Shown: in pieces, positions 1-8,697 of the stretch
Layout of the letters: each line of letters opens with the position of its first letter
How positions within the stretch are numbered: the stretch's first letter is position 1
Virus record (IMG/VR): IMGVR_UViG_3300030207_002263
Location: 1 to 40,196 of that record
Length of the DNA stretch: 40,196 nt
Strand: one strand, 5' to 3'
Source of the DNA: a virus
Taxonomy: Duplodnaviria > Caudoviricetes
Position numbers and translations under genes: made by a program
Notes under the pieces: model-generated
Databases searched by the model: none
What the model saw: the letters and a program-made list of their open reading frames with translations, nothing else
What the model was told of the DNA's origin: nothing

Positions 1-522
1 GTTTCTGTTACCGCCGCTGCGGATGTCAGTCCTACTGGTGTTGCTGGCACTTCAGCCGCTGGCAGCGTTACAGTCACAGGTGAGGCTAACGTCAGTGTCA
101 CGGGCATTTCAGCAACTAACAGTGTGGGTTCTGTCACTGCTACTGCTGGGGCCAACACTTCTGTTACTGGGGTTGGTGCTACTAATTCAGTCGGTTCGGT
201 ATCCGTTATTGCTGCTGCATCAGTTACCCCTACTGGCGTGGAAGGGACTGGTTCTGTTGGGTCGGTCACTACTAGCACATCTCAAACGATTGATGTCACG
301 GGTGTACAAGGGGATGGAGCAGTCGGGGTCGTTTCAATCGTCCCAGACGCAAACGTCGAGCCAACTGGAGTCGTTGGCACAGGACAAATTGGATCAGTAA
401 ACATATGGAGTTTGGTTGACGATTCACAGACTCCAAACTGGTCTTCCATTGATGACTCACAAACACCTAGCTGGACATCAGTTAGTGATACACAAACACC
501 AGACTGGAAAGAGGTAGCCTGA
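1..522 (+). CDS. Virion/tail structural protein, 5'-truncated (Val/Thr/Gly/Ser-rich beta-repeat)
   Basis: Frame open from base 1 (VSVTAAADVSPTGVAG...) to TGA 520-522. Repetitive 'V.vTGV.g.g.vGsV' units; C-terminal triple 'DDSQTPxW' repeat. Confidence 0.7.
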   Translation, partial: VSVTAAADVSPTGVAGTSAAGSVTVTGEANVSVTGISATNSVGSVTATAGANTSVTGVGATNSVGSVSVIAAASVTPTGVEGTGSVGSVTTSTSQTIDVTGVQGDGAVGVVSIVPDANVEPTGVVGTGQIGSVNIWSLVDDSQTPNWSSIDDSQTPSWTSVSDTQTPDWKEVA

Positions 523-653
523 TGGTTCGCAAAGTAAAGAAAGTAATCAAGGGTTTAGAGAAAGCATCTAAGACTCATAAGAAGCAAGCTGACACTTTAA
601 AAAAGCATTTGTCTTCTATGAAAAAACCTAAAGCTAAAACTAGGAAAAGGTAA
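522..653 (+). CDS. Small highly basic protein (43 aa, MVRKVKKVIKGLEKASKTHKKQADTLKKHLSSMKKPKAKTRKR)
   Basis: ATG overlaps the upstream TGA (TGATG), GAGG SD upstream, ends 3 nt before the next gene. Below the ORF track cut-off. Confidence 0.7.
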   Translation: MVRKVKKVIKGLEKASKTHKKQADTLKKHLSSMKKPKAKTRKR

Positions 654-656
654 CTT

Positions 657-3317
657 ATGGCTGTTTACACTAATGATTTACGCTTAAAAGAAATTGCCAC
701 AGGCGACGAAGCAGGAACCTGGGGAAATAGTACAAATACAAATTTACAGCTTATTGCGGATGCCTTTGGTTTTGGCACAGAGGCTATCACCACTAATGCT
801 GATACACATACCACAACCATAGCAGACGGTTCTGCTGATGCGGGCAGAGCAATATATTTAAAATACACAGGCACATTGGACTCTGCTTGCACAATCACGA
901 TTGGCCCAAACACGGTCTCTAAACTTTGGTTTATCGAGAATGCAACCAGTGGTTCTCAAAACATCATTATTAGCCAAGGCTCTGGCGCAAATATTACGAT
1001 TCCCGCTGGAGATACAAAAGCAATCTACTCTGACGGTGCTGGATCTGGTGCTGCGATGGTGGATGCTTTTGCCAGCCTAAATGTGGTTGACCTTAAAGTA
1101 GAAGATGATCTTACAGTTACTGATGATCTTATCGTTAATGGCGATATAGATTTAGAAGGATCTATTGATGTAAACGGAACGGCTAATCTCGATGTCGTAG
1201 ACATAGACGGTGCTGTAGATATGGCCTCCACGCTGCAAGTGGATGGTGCGATTACATCCGATGCTGGGGCAATTATATCTGTTACTGATAATTCAGATGT
1301 TCTCACTTTGAGGTCTACGGATGCAGATGCAAATGCTGGCCCTATTCTTAATCTGAATAGAAACTCAGCTAGCCCAGCAGATAATGATTACATTGGTGAG
1401 ATTAAATTCGATGGGCGTAATGATGCCGCTCAAGCGGTAACTTATGCTGGTTTTGCTGGCCGAATACTAGATGCTTCAGACGGCACAGAAGATGGTCGTT
1501 TTGAGCTGTACACCATTAGGGCTGGCGCACAAAACTCTATGATGGTGACTACAGCCTCCGAAATAGTTTTTAACAACGATTCTATTGACCTAGATTTTAG
1601 AGTAGAGAGTAACTCAAAAAGTCATATGTTGTTTGTTGATGGAGGTGAAGATCTTGTACTGATAGGCACAGGAACTAAATCAGTCGTATCTGGTGGTGAT
1701 CCTGGTTTACAAGTTTCTGGTAATGGCTTTGACTCAATGATCGGGCTTACAAGGCATGATACAAATGCTTTTGCTGCTCAGATCATGTTGGCAAAAAGCC
1801 GTAATGCAACGGTAGGTTCAAATACTATTGTGCAGGACGGTGACGGTATTGGTGCAATAGGATTTTTTGCAGACGATGGTACAAACCTTGATAGTCAGGT
1901 TGCATATATAACAGCAGAAATAGATGGGACTCCTGGTGCAAATGATACACCCGGAAGGTTGATATTTAGCACCACCGCTGACGGAGCTGCAGCTGTAACG
2001 GAGAGGATGAGGATAGATTCGTCTGGCGAAGTCACAATGACTCGCGCTGATAACGGTGTAAATCTTACCTTAGAATGTACAGACACTGATGCTAATGCTG
2101 GCCCTAATCTGAAACTTAATCGGGCAGTTACAGGTGCAAGTGATGACGAGATTGGTAATGTCATTTTCCACGGTAGAGATAATGCTGGTAATGGCGAAGA
2201 TTATGGGCTAATCGCTGGTTTTATTAGCGATGCAACTAACGGATCAGAAGACGGACGGTTAAATTTCAAAGTATTAATGAACGGCACTTCTAGGGATTAC
2301 CTAATCCTTAATGGCGGTGGTTCAGTGGTTGTGAACCAAGATGCTCAAGATGTGGACTTCAGAGTGGAGTCAGATACCAACGCTAATGCATTTTTTATCG
2401 ATGCATCAGAAAACACAATAGGTATGGGCAGAGTGCCGTCTAGTGCTCAGCTTGATATTGAAGGCGGGTCTAATGGAACCCTCACTGGACTAAGGATTCG
2501 CAACTCTGGTCAAGTTGCAGCATCAGCAATCAAACAAGTGTTCTCGCTCAACAGAGATGGAAGTGATATTGATTTTGAGGCTGCCGCAATTACTGTTTCA
2601 AAAGACCAAAACTGGACAACAACAGCAAGCACTGTTGACGCTACTATGGCAATTAATGTCATTCTTAATGAAACTGTAGAAAATAGGATGAATATAGGTG
2701 GATTAACTGGGGTACAGATTCCATTTATTAATGATTCTTATAACTTCAGAGTTTATGCACAGGATGCAGATTCATTTTTTGGCATTAGAGATACCAGTAA
2801 CAATAGCGTATTTCTTCAAATAGATAGAAGTGATGGGCTAACAGTTTTTACTTTTGATGGTCATACTGGGAATTTAGTTATTAATGGCTCGATCAGCAAA
2901 GGTTCGGGGTCTTTTAAAATAGATCATCCTTTACCAGCTAAAAAAGAAACTCATCATTTAGTTCATTCATTTGTAGAGGCGCCGCAAGCAGACAATATTT
3001 ATCGCGGTAGCGTTGACCTAGTAGATGGTTCTGCAACAGTAAATTTAGACACAGCAGCAAGAATGACCGAAGGTACATTTGTTCTTCTTAATACAAATTT
3101 ACAGTGTTTTACATCAAACGAGTCGGGTTGGACTGCAATAAAAGGTTCGATATCTGGCAACACTTTAACGATAACAGCACAAGACAATACTTGCACTGAT
3201 ACCATATCTTGGATAGTGGTCGGTGAGCGTCAGGACGAACACATGAAGGAAACTGATTGGACTGATAGTGACGGTAGAGTGATTGTAGAACCCGAAAAAA
3301 TTACTGAAGGAGAATAA
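657..3317 (+). CDS. Tail fibre protein with internal duplication and a C-terminal chaperone-like domain
   Basis: 886 aa. N-terminal 'ATGDEAGTWG' virion-anchor-type motif, repeated 'DFRVES' modules, C-terminal 'KGSGSFKIDHPL...HLVHSFVE.P..DNIYRG' block typical of marine phage fibres. Confidence 0.8.
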   Translation: MAVYTNDLRLKEIATGDEAGTWGNSTNTNLQLIADAFGFGTEAITTNADTHTTTIADGSADAGRAIYLKYTGTLDSACTITIGPNTVSKLWFIENATSGSQNIIISQGSGANITIPAGDTKAIYSDGAGSGAAMVDAFASLNVVDLKVEDDLTVTDDLIVNGDIDLEGSIDVNGTANLDVVDIDGAVDMASTLQVDGAITSDAGAIISVTDNSDVLTLRSTDADANAGPILNLNRNSASPADNDYIGEIKFDGRNDAAQAVTYAGFAGRILDASDGTEDGRFELYTIRAGAQNSMMVTTASEIVFNNDSIDLDFRVESNSKSHMLFVDGGEDLVLIGTGTKSVVSGGDPGLQVSGNGFDSMIGLTRHDTNAFAAQIMLAKSRNATVGSNTIVQDGDGIGAIGFFADDGTNLDSQVAYITAEIDGTPGANDTPGRLIFSTTADGAAAVTERMRIDSSGEVTMTRADNGVNLTLECTDTDANAGPNLKLNRAVTGASDDEIGNVIFHGRDNAGNGEDYGLIAGFISDATNGSEDGRLNFKVLMNGTSRDYLILNGGGSVVVNQDAQDVDFRVESDTNANAFFIDASENTIGMGRVPSSAQLDIEGGSNGTLTGLRIRNSGQVAASAIKQVFSLNRDGSDIDFEAAAITVSKDQNWTTTASTVDATMAINVILNETVENRMNIGGLTGVQIPFINDSYNFRVYAQDADSFFGIRDTSNNSVFLQIDRSDGLTVFTFDGHTGNLVINGSISKGSGSFKIDHPLPAKKETHHLVHSFVEAPQADNIYRGSVDLVDGSATVNLDTAARMTEGTFVLLNTNLQCFTSNESGWTAIKGSISGNTLTITAQDNTCTDTISWIVVGERQDEHMKETDWTDSDGRVIVEPEKITEGE

Positions 3318-3320
3318 TAA

Positions 3321-3689
3321 ATGGCAATTACAGCAACATGGTCAGTTAATAACATGACGCACGTTGACGCAGATGGTGGGGTGATACTTGCTTACTGGTC
3401 ACTTGTGGCAGCTAGTGATGCCGGTGGAGATGAAACAGCTACCGAAGGTGGTAAGAATAAGTTTACCTACGATGCGTCAGGCAGTGGCTTTATAGCATAC
3501 AAAGATCTCAAAGAGAGCGATGTGCTTGGTTGGATCTACGATGCTAATAAAGGGCCAACTTCTGGTGGGCCAGAAGATGAGACAGCCGATGAATATAAAG
3601 CTAGAATAGAGGCTGAACGGACAGCCAAAGTTCAAGCACAGATTGATCGTAAGGCTTCTCAATCAGATGGATTACCGTGGAGCGCATAA
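3321..3689 (+). CDS. Tail-fibre-associated protein
   Basis: AAGGAG SD. 'FIAYKDLKESDVLGWI...GLPW' pattern is typical of genes following phage fibres. Confidence 0.65.
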   Translation: MAITATWSVNNMTHVDADGGVILAYWSLVAASDAGGDETATEGGKNKFTYDASGSGFIAYKDLKESDVLGWIYDANKGPTSGGPEDETADEYKARIEAERTAKVQAQIDRKASQSDGLPWSA

Positions 3690-3967
3690 TGTCAGAAGAG
3701 CAAAAAGAAGCTACAGTCGTATTCAACGACAAGAAGATCCCGATGTCACAGTTGAGTTTTCAGACTCAACGAAATATGCAGAGGTTAAGTCAGTTGCAGA
3801 ATACGATTCCTCAGTTGCAAGAGCAGTTATCAGAGGCACAGATTTTGTTGAAAGACTACAGCTCCAAAGTCAATGCTGCATTAGAAGAGGCTGCATTAAG
3901 ACAGGTCGAGCAAGAAGCTTCTACTTCACAAGGAAAGCCTTGGGAAGAGGATCAAGTAATTCAGTAA
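3689..3967 (+). CDS. Hypothetical coiled-coil protein (MSEEQKEAT...)
   Basis: ATG overlaps the upstream TAA (TAATG), GGAG SD; Gln/Leu heptad-like pattern. Confidence 0.7.
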   Translation: MSEEQKEATVVFNDKKIPMSQLSFQTQRNMQRLSQLQNTIPQLQEQLSEAQILLKDYSSKVNAALEEAALRQVEQEASTSQGKPWEEDQVIQ

Positions 3968-4677
3968 TGACGGAGCATCGTCAAGAATATCGGATACACG
4001 CTTTGCCCGCCGTGTTCTTGATGGAAGCAGATTTATCGGAAGAGATTGTAAATGACCTAAATGAATATCTCGATGATCTGCTAGAGCAAGAAGATAGACA
4101 ATCTCATGCGGGTACGTTAGTTGGTCAGATTGGTCATGGTGAGCAACTCACGATGGATCACCACCACCCTAAGATAGCTGGGTTTACAAATCTAATAGAG
4201 ATTGCAGGAGCTGATTATCTTAAAAACTTTTCTAATGCCACAGTTAATCCGTTTACTGGCAAGCGGTTAGTAGAAACAGATGAGCTTTGGTCGGTTCATA
4301 GTTACGAGCGTGACTACAATCCTATACATGATCATGGCACTAAGACTGTTATGGGAATTAGTTGCACTTGTTGGACAAAGGTTCCGCAACAGATATTAGA
4401 TCAACCAACATCAGGATCACCTGATTATTCTCTGTATAATTCAAGCGGCAACTCTGACGGATGTATTTCGTTCCAGTATGGCGCAGGATCTCTTATGGAT
4501 ACTGAGAGGCTAAAACCGCCACAGTCTTGCATACTCAAGCCAGAAGTCGGGAAGTTTTATATGTTTCCATCGTGGTTGCAACATATGGTTTATCCGTTTG
4601 AGGGGCCAGGGGAAAGAAGAACAGTTGCTGCAAACTTAAATGTTTGGAGGGTTTCTGATGATGGAACAAAGCATTGA
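3967..4677 (+). CDS. Putative 2OG-Fe(II) oxygenase (TIGR02466-like)
   Basis: Start reassigned to ATG 3967 (TAATG coupling). Motifs YNPIHDH, 'PEVGKFYMFPSWLQHMVYPF', 'ERRTVAAN'. Confidence 0.8.
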   Translation: MTEHRQEYRIHALPAVFLMEADLSEEIVNDLNEYLDDLLEQEDRQSHAGTLVGQIGHGEQLTMDHHHPKIAGFTNLIEIAGADYLKNFSNATVNPFTGKRLVETDELWSVHSYERDYNPIHDHGTKTVMGISCTCWTKVPQQILDQPTSGSPDYSLYNSSGNSDGCISFQYGAGSLMDTERLKPPQSCILKPEVGKFYMFPSWLQHMVYPFEGPGERRTVAANLNVWRVSDDGTKH

Positions 4678-4751
4678 TTGTGACGCTTTTGATAATTCTA
4701 ATAGCGATTCCATATTTGGTTTTGGAAGAAATGTGGTAGGAGGTAAGAACA

Positions 4752-4922
4752 ATGGATCTTATGGAGATATTAACTATTGCTACTACAATAGTAACGGTTG
4801 CGTCTGCGGTTTGTGCGGCAACACCAACTCCCAAAGACGACGAGTTTATGGGCAAATACGTCTATCCATTCCTAGAAGCTTTGGCTCTTAATGTTGGCAA
4901 GGCAAAAGATAAAGTTAACTAG
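4752..4922 (+). CDS. Small membrane protein (56 aa, MDLMEILTIATTIVTVASAVCAATPTPKDD...), possibly holin-like
   Basis: GGAGG SD upstream; hydrophobic N-terminus then TPTPKDD motif; stop overlaps the next GTG. Not in the ORF track. Confidence 0.75.
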   Translation: MDLMEILTIATTIVTVASAVCAATPTPKDDEFMGKYVYPFLEALALNVGKAKDKVN

Positions 4923-5110
4923 TGGATAAGGCGGATCAAGCTTTGCAAGAGATAAACACACATGAAAGAGAGTGTGCTCTTCGCTATGAAAGAATTGAAG
5001 AAAGATTGGCTGATGGATCAAGAAGGTTTGATCGTATCGAGCGAATGTTGTGGGGCGTTATTATTTTAATCATAGGGAGTCTTTTGGTTCCCCAGTTTTT
5101 AGGAGCTTAG
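4922..5110 (+). CDS. Small coiled-coil + C-terminal TM protein (XhlA-like)
   Basis: 'HERECALRYERIEERL..G..RFDRIERMLW' followed by a hydrophobic tail; tightly packed. Confidence 0.65.
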   Translation: MDKADQALQEINTHERECALRYERIEERLADGSRRFDRIERMLWGVIILIIGSLLVPQFLGA

Positions 5111-5111
5111 T

Positions 5112-5417
5112 ATGAGTGATGCAAACACTATAAAGGTTCCGACATGGGCGTTGCCAATAGCTGCCGCCGCATTGTCTGGAGCTATTGCATGGGGATCTAT
5201 GCAAGCAAGAGCAGAGGCTACAGATGCAGAGGTTCAAAGGATTGAGCAAGCTGTAAAAAAGACAGCGGAACAGGCAGTAGCCAACGGCCAACTGTCAGCA
5301 GTCAATCAGACGCAGATAAAGGCGGTGGTGGACAGCCTGAGTCAGCAGCAGGAAACACTGAAGGCGACAGACGAGAAGCTGGCGCAACTGATTCAGATAA
5401 TGCTTCAAAAGCAATAA
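5112..5417 (+). CDS. N-terminal TM/signal coiled-coil protein (short form of a putative frameshifted gene)
   Basis: AGGAG SD; hydrophobic aa 12-29; contains in-frame GTA AAA AAG. Confidence 0.8.
   Translation: MSDANTIKVPTWALPIAAAALSGAIAWGSMQARAEATDAEVQRIEQAVKKTAEQAVANGQLSAVNQTQIKAVVDSLSQQQETLKATDEKLAQLIQIMLQKQ
5255..5261 (+). other. Putative programmed -1 ribosomal frameshift site A_AAA_AAG
   Basis: Heptamer in correct X_XXY_YYZ phase. The -1 frame is closed at TGA 5243-5245 and then open from 5246 to TGA 5696-5698. Confidence 0.7.
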
Positions 5418-5698
5418 GATTAGACTACGACCCAGAGAATCCTGATCGGTTCTGCGATCTTAGAGAGTGGAACAAACTCAAGCTTGTAAACCCACCGGCA
5501 AAACGCCATGAGGTCGCAAAGGATTGGTTAAAGTTTAATCATCAACAGTGCGGGTATGGGGCAATGATCTACGTGAGAAACTCAATGCCAAGAGTGTTAG
5601 GCACTGCCCACCAAGTTGATGTAGATGTGTTGACATGGGAGCTTGTTGCGCCTCAAGCAGAAAGAACCCAGGCCTTGAAGAAGAAGCGCAGACTATGA
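5258..5698 (+). CDS. -1 frame extension of the 5112 gene (fusion about 195 aa)
   Basis: Stop-free frame KDSGTGSSQRPT...LDYDPENPDRFCDLREW...LKKKRRL*. No early start codon; its TGA overlaps the ATG of the next gene (ATGA 5695-5698). Confidence 0.65.
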   Translation, partial: KDSGTGSSQRPTVSSQSDADKGGGGQPESAAGNTEGDRREAGATDSDNASKAIRLDYDPENPDRFCDLREWNKLKLVNPPAKRHEVAKDWLKFNHQQCGYGAMIYVRNSMPRVLGTAHQVDVDVLTWELVAPQAERTQALKKKRRL

Positions 5699-5955
5699 CG
5701 CTGATGATCTTCGTATTAGTGTTGCTTACGCCTGGTGGAGTGCCAACTGGCACAGAGCTATATTTTCAAGAACTAACTAGCTGCCTAGAATATCGTGATG
5801 CGCTGGTTCATCAAAGTGTTCATACTCATAACTGGTTACGCAGTAAGACCAACAAGTTTGACGGGTATTGTGAGGTGCGTTTAATCCCTTCAGCAGAAGC
5901 TGGAAAAGGTAAATATATATTTAGAGATCCGGTCAGGAAGAAAGAAGATGAGTGA
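5695..5955 (+). CDS. Small secreted/membrane protein (MTLMIFVLVLL...C...C)
   Basis: ATGA-coupled start at 5695; hydrophobic N-terminus, Cys pair. Confidence 0.65.
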   Translation: MTLMIFVLVLLTPGGVPTGTELYFQELTSCLEYRDALVHQSVHTHNWLRSKTNKFDGYCEVRLIPSAEAGKGKYIFRDPVRKKEDE

Positions 5956-6172
5956 AATACCACCATTTCCAAACAGCGTGAACGCTGTGCAGCCAGTGCC
6001 TAAGCATCAGATCCAAAAAATAGATATGGAGCGTATGCAAGGCAGGGAGACAAACGCAAAACAAGAGATCATTACCACAGTGTACGATGCCAAGGTGTAC
6101 ACATATAAAAGTGGTCAGCTTAGTCACACAACCCCTAAGGTAACGGGGCAGCATATATTGGTTACGGTGTAA
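5948..6172 (+). CDS. Hypothetical protein
   Basis: 74-aa ORF overlapping the upstream stop, operon-like packing. Confidence 0.6.
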   Translation: MSEIPPFPNSVNAVQPVPKHQIQKIDMERMQGRETNAKQEIITTVYDAKVYTYKSGQLSHTTPKVTGQHILVTV

Positions 6173-6174
6173 TA

Positions 6175-6273
6175 GTGAACTCTAAGTGGCCAGGAATGAT
6201 GCTTATTGTGTGCGCTATTTCTTTGTTTTGTTTGTTATTGTTGGTTTCACAGTTAACAGCGTCACTAATATGA
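6175..6273 (+). CDS. Putative 32-aa hydrophobic peptide (MNSKWPGMMLIVCAISLFCLLLLVSQLTASLI)
   Basis: GTG 2 nt after the previous stop; TGA overlaps the holin ATG (ATGA 6270-6273). Confidence 0.45.
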   Translation: MNSKWPGMMLIVCAISLFCLLLLVSQLTASLI

Positions 6274-6653
6274 GCATACTTAATTCATTAATAGAGCCAG
6301 CTACTAAGATATTAGATAAGGTAATAGAGGATAAAGACCAGAAAAACGCCCTGGCGCATGAGATTGCGACGATGGCAGAGCGACACGCTCAAGAACTCGC
6401 CAAGGGTCAGTTAGAGGTAAATAAGGTAGAGGCAGCGCATCACAGTGTGTTTGTGTCCGGGTGGCGTCCCTGTATCGGTTGGGTGTGTGCGTTGGGTCTT
6501 TTTTACAATGTAATCGTAGCAAACATTTTAGGCATATGGATTGATGTGCCTGAGGTGGACACTACTCTTCTTGTGCCTGTAATGATGGGCATGTTGGGTA
6601 TCGGTGCGATGAGGAGCTATGAGAAGGTTAAAGGTGTTAGTAGAGAAAAGTGA
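6270..6653 (+). CDS. Holin (GTA-type 3TM family)
   Basis: 'ILDKVIEDKDQKNALAHEI...EVNKVEAAH.S.FVSGWRPCIGWVC...MLGIGAMRSYEKVKG' signature; next to lysozyme. Confidence 0.85.
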   Translation: MSILNSLIEPATKILDKVIEDKDQKNALAHEIATMAERHAQELAKGQLEVNKVEAAHHSVFVSGWRPCIGWVCALGLFYNVIVANILGIWIDVPEVDTTLLVPVMMGMLGIGAMRSYEKVKGVSREK

Positions 6654-6745
6654 GCATGTGGAGCGGCTACAGAAGATTAACTAAATTATTCTGTATTCCA
6701 CAAATAAACATATTTACAGCGGTTCCAGAAAAGAAGGAAACACAA

Positions 6746-7189
6746 ATGAAAACTAGCGAAGAAGGCATAGCTTTAATAAAAAAGTTTGAGGGCTGCGAGC
6801 TTTCATCATATGTGTGCTCTGGTGGCGTTCACACGATAGGTTATGGTCATACAAAGGATGTAAAAGAAGGTGATACATGCACTTCTGAGGAAGCAGAGCA
6901 GTATTTAAAGGATGATCTGGAAAGCTTTGAGGGTGCAGTTTCTAGACTAGTTGAAGTTGATCTTAGTCAGAATCAGTTCGATGCGCTGGTTGCTTGGACA
7001 TTTAACTTGGGTTGGGGATCTTTATCTTCTAGCACTTTGCTAAAAGTTTTGAATGATGGCAATTATCAAGGTGTTCCAGAACAGATAAAACGCTGGAATA
7101 TGGCTGGCGGTAAAGTATTGGATGGTCTTATAAGAAGAAGGGAAGCAGAGGCTTTGCTTTTCGAGGGCAAGCCTTGGGAGGATGTGTAG
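6746..7189 (+). CDS. Lysozyme / endolysin (GH24)
   Basis: AAGGA SD. 'GIALIKKFEG...TIGYGHT...QNQFDALV.WTFNLG...GLIRRREAEALLF'. Confidence 0.92.
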   Translation: MKTSEEGIALIKKFEGCELSSYVCSGGVHTIGYGHTKDVKEGDTCTSEEAEQYLKDDLESFEGAVSRLVEVDLSQNQFDALVAWTFNLGWGSLSSSTLLKVLNDGNYQGVPEQIKRWNMAGGKVLDGLIRRREAEALLFEGKPWEDV

Positions 7190-8695
7190 ATGGCAAACGG
7201 AGATCCTAATAACCCTCTCCCTAATTTCACTCCTGCACCAGTTCCTTTTGGGTACGGACAAATGCAGGGCATGCCAGCTTTATCCAGGAATCCTAATTAT
7301 GGCGTTCCGTCTGGTATAGGATCTCTTCTTGGTGGAATGAATCCAATGATGGCCCCTCAAGCTGGCGCTTTTTTAACCCCACAAATGCCTGTATCAACAA
7401 ATGCTCTTGCAGGAACCAATCCGTTTACAGGAGGTGCGTTTCAAACATTCACTGCTAGTGATGTAACTCAAGCAGCATCTGATTACAGAGCGAATCAGGC
7501 AGAATTATTAAGACAGGCAGAGGCTCAAGCTGCTGCTCAAAAGGCCGCTGCTGAAGCTGCTGCAAAAGCAGAAGCAGATCGTATAGCTGCTGAACAGGCT
7601 GCTGCTGCCGAAGCTGCAAGAATAGCTCAAGAACAAGAGGCTGCTAGGATAGCCGCTGAACAAGCTGCTGCTGCCGCTGAAGCAGAAAGAATTGCACAAG
7701 AACAAGCCGCCGCTGCGGAAGCGGAGGCAAAGGCTAAAGCTGATGCAGAAGCTGCTGCTGCTGAGGCAGAAAAAATTGCAGAACAAAAAGCCATTAAGGC
7801 AGAAATGGATGCCAAGCTCAAGGCCGAAGCTGACGCAGAGGCTGCTGCTGAAGCTGCTGCTAAGATTGCTTCTGGTGAGATTGCTATCCCTACTAGAGAG
7901 GAGATTGCCGCATCTATAAGGCCATCAACCGGCATTGGTGGAGACAAAGGTGGTCCGGGCGGTGTTCTCCCATCAACAGGCACTGTAATTAATCCGGGTG
8001 AGCCTTCAATGATGCCGGGTGGGGATTTTATACCGTTTGTGCCTCCAGTGAATGTTGAAGCAGCAGAAGCTTCTGTTACTGAGGCTGGGACAGGAATGCC
8101 GGGTAAATCTATTTTGCGTCCGGGTGATCCGGGTTATGAAGAGGCTTTAGCAGAAACCAACGCTTCTACTCCAGCAGGACTGTTTTCTGGATCAACTATG
8201 GGGCCAGCAAGACCTCCGACTGACCCTGGTCCTTTAGTCCCAATTAGTTCTGGTATACCACCAGGTATAGGGACACAATTTGTTCCTGACTCAGGAATAG
8301 AATCTTTGATGCCTAGAAGAGGAGAGGTGATGGCAGAGCCAGCGATATCACCTATTCAAGTTGCGGCAGCCACTCCCGGTGTTCTTACTAGAGGGCCAAT
8401 TAATACAGCCATAAATGCGGGAATGATCCCGCCTCCACCACCACCTGTGGTTAGGCCGCCAATGCCACCACCGCCGCCGCCACCAGTCGCTCCACCACCA
8501 GTCGCTCCACCGCTTAGTCCAGCGCAAGCACTTGGCGCTTTAGAGCCTGGAGCACTAGGTGCGCTTTTCAGAGCAGAAAAACCAAAAACACCTCCAAAGC
8601 CAAAAACTCAAAAAATAGAGAAAAAACCTAAGACAAGGAAAAAGCAGCAGCCCAAGAAGAGGAGAGGCAGAAGAGGTGCTGGGGGTAGGCGTTAA
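7190..8695 (+). CDS. Low-complexity Ala/Pro-rich protein with basic C-terminal tail
   Basis: 501 aa, GGAGG SD; repeated 'EAARIAAEQ' helix, poly-Pro tract, Lys/Arg tail. Confidence 0.7.
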   Translation: MANGDPNNPLPNFTPAPVPFGYGQMQGMPALSRNPNYGVPSGIGSLLGGMNPMMAPQAGAFLTPQMPVSTNALAGTNPFTGGAFQTFTASDVTQAASDYRANQAELLRQAEAQAAAQKAAAEAAAKAEADRIAAEQAAAAEAARIAQEQEAARIAAEQAAAAAEAERIAQEQAAAAEAEAKAKADAEAAAAEAEKIAEQKAIKAEMDAKLKAEADAEAAAEAAAKIASGEIAIPTREEIAASIRPSTGIGGDKGGPGGVLPSTGTVINPGEPSMMPGGDFIPFVPPVNVEAAEASVTEAGTGMPGKSILRPGDPGYEEALAETNASTPAGLFSGSTMGPARPPTDPGPLVPISSGIPPGIGTQFVPDSGIESLMPRRGEVMAEPAISPIQVAAATPGVLTRGPINTAINAGMIPPPPPPVVRPPMPPPPPPPVAPPPVAPPLSPAQALGALEPGALGALFRAEKPKTPPKPKTQKIEKKPKTRKKQQPKKRRGRRGAGGRR

Positions 8696-8697
8696 GC

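Noticed and set aside
657-3317. Diversity-generating retroelement acting on the tail fibre
   Set aside because: No reverse transcriptase gene and no near-identical TR/VR nucleotide pair were seen in the window.
3643-3966. Long N-terminal extension of the 2OG oxygenase ORF in the track
   Set aside because: It overlaps the better-supported 3689..3967 gene; the coupled ATG at 3967 is the more plausible start.
4640-4891. 83-aa ORF in the track
   Set aside because: It overlaps the 4752..4922 ORF, which has a GGAGG SD and a recognisable motif.
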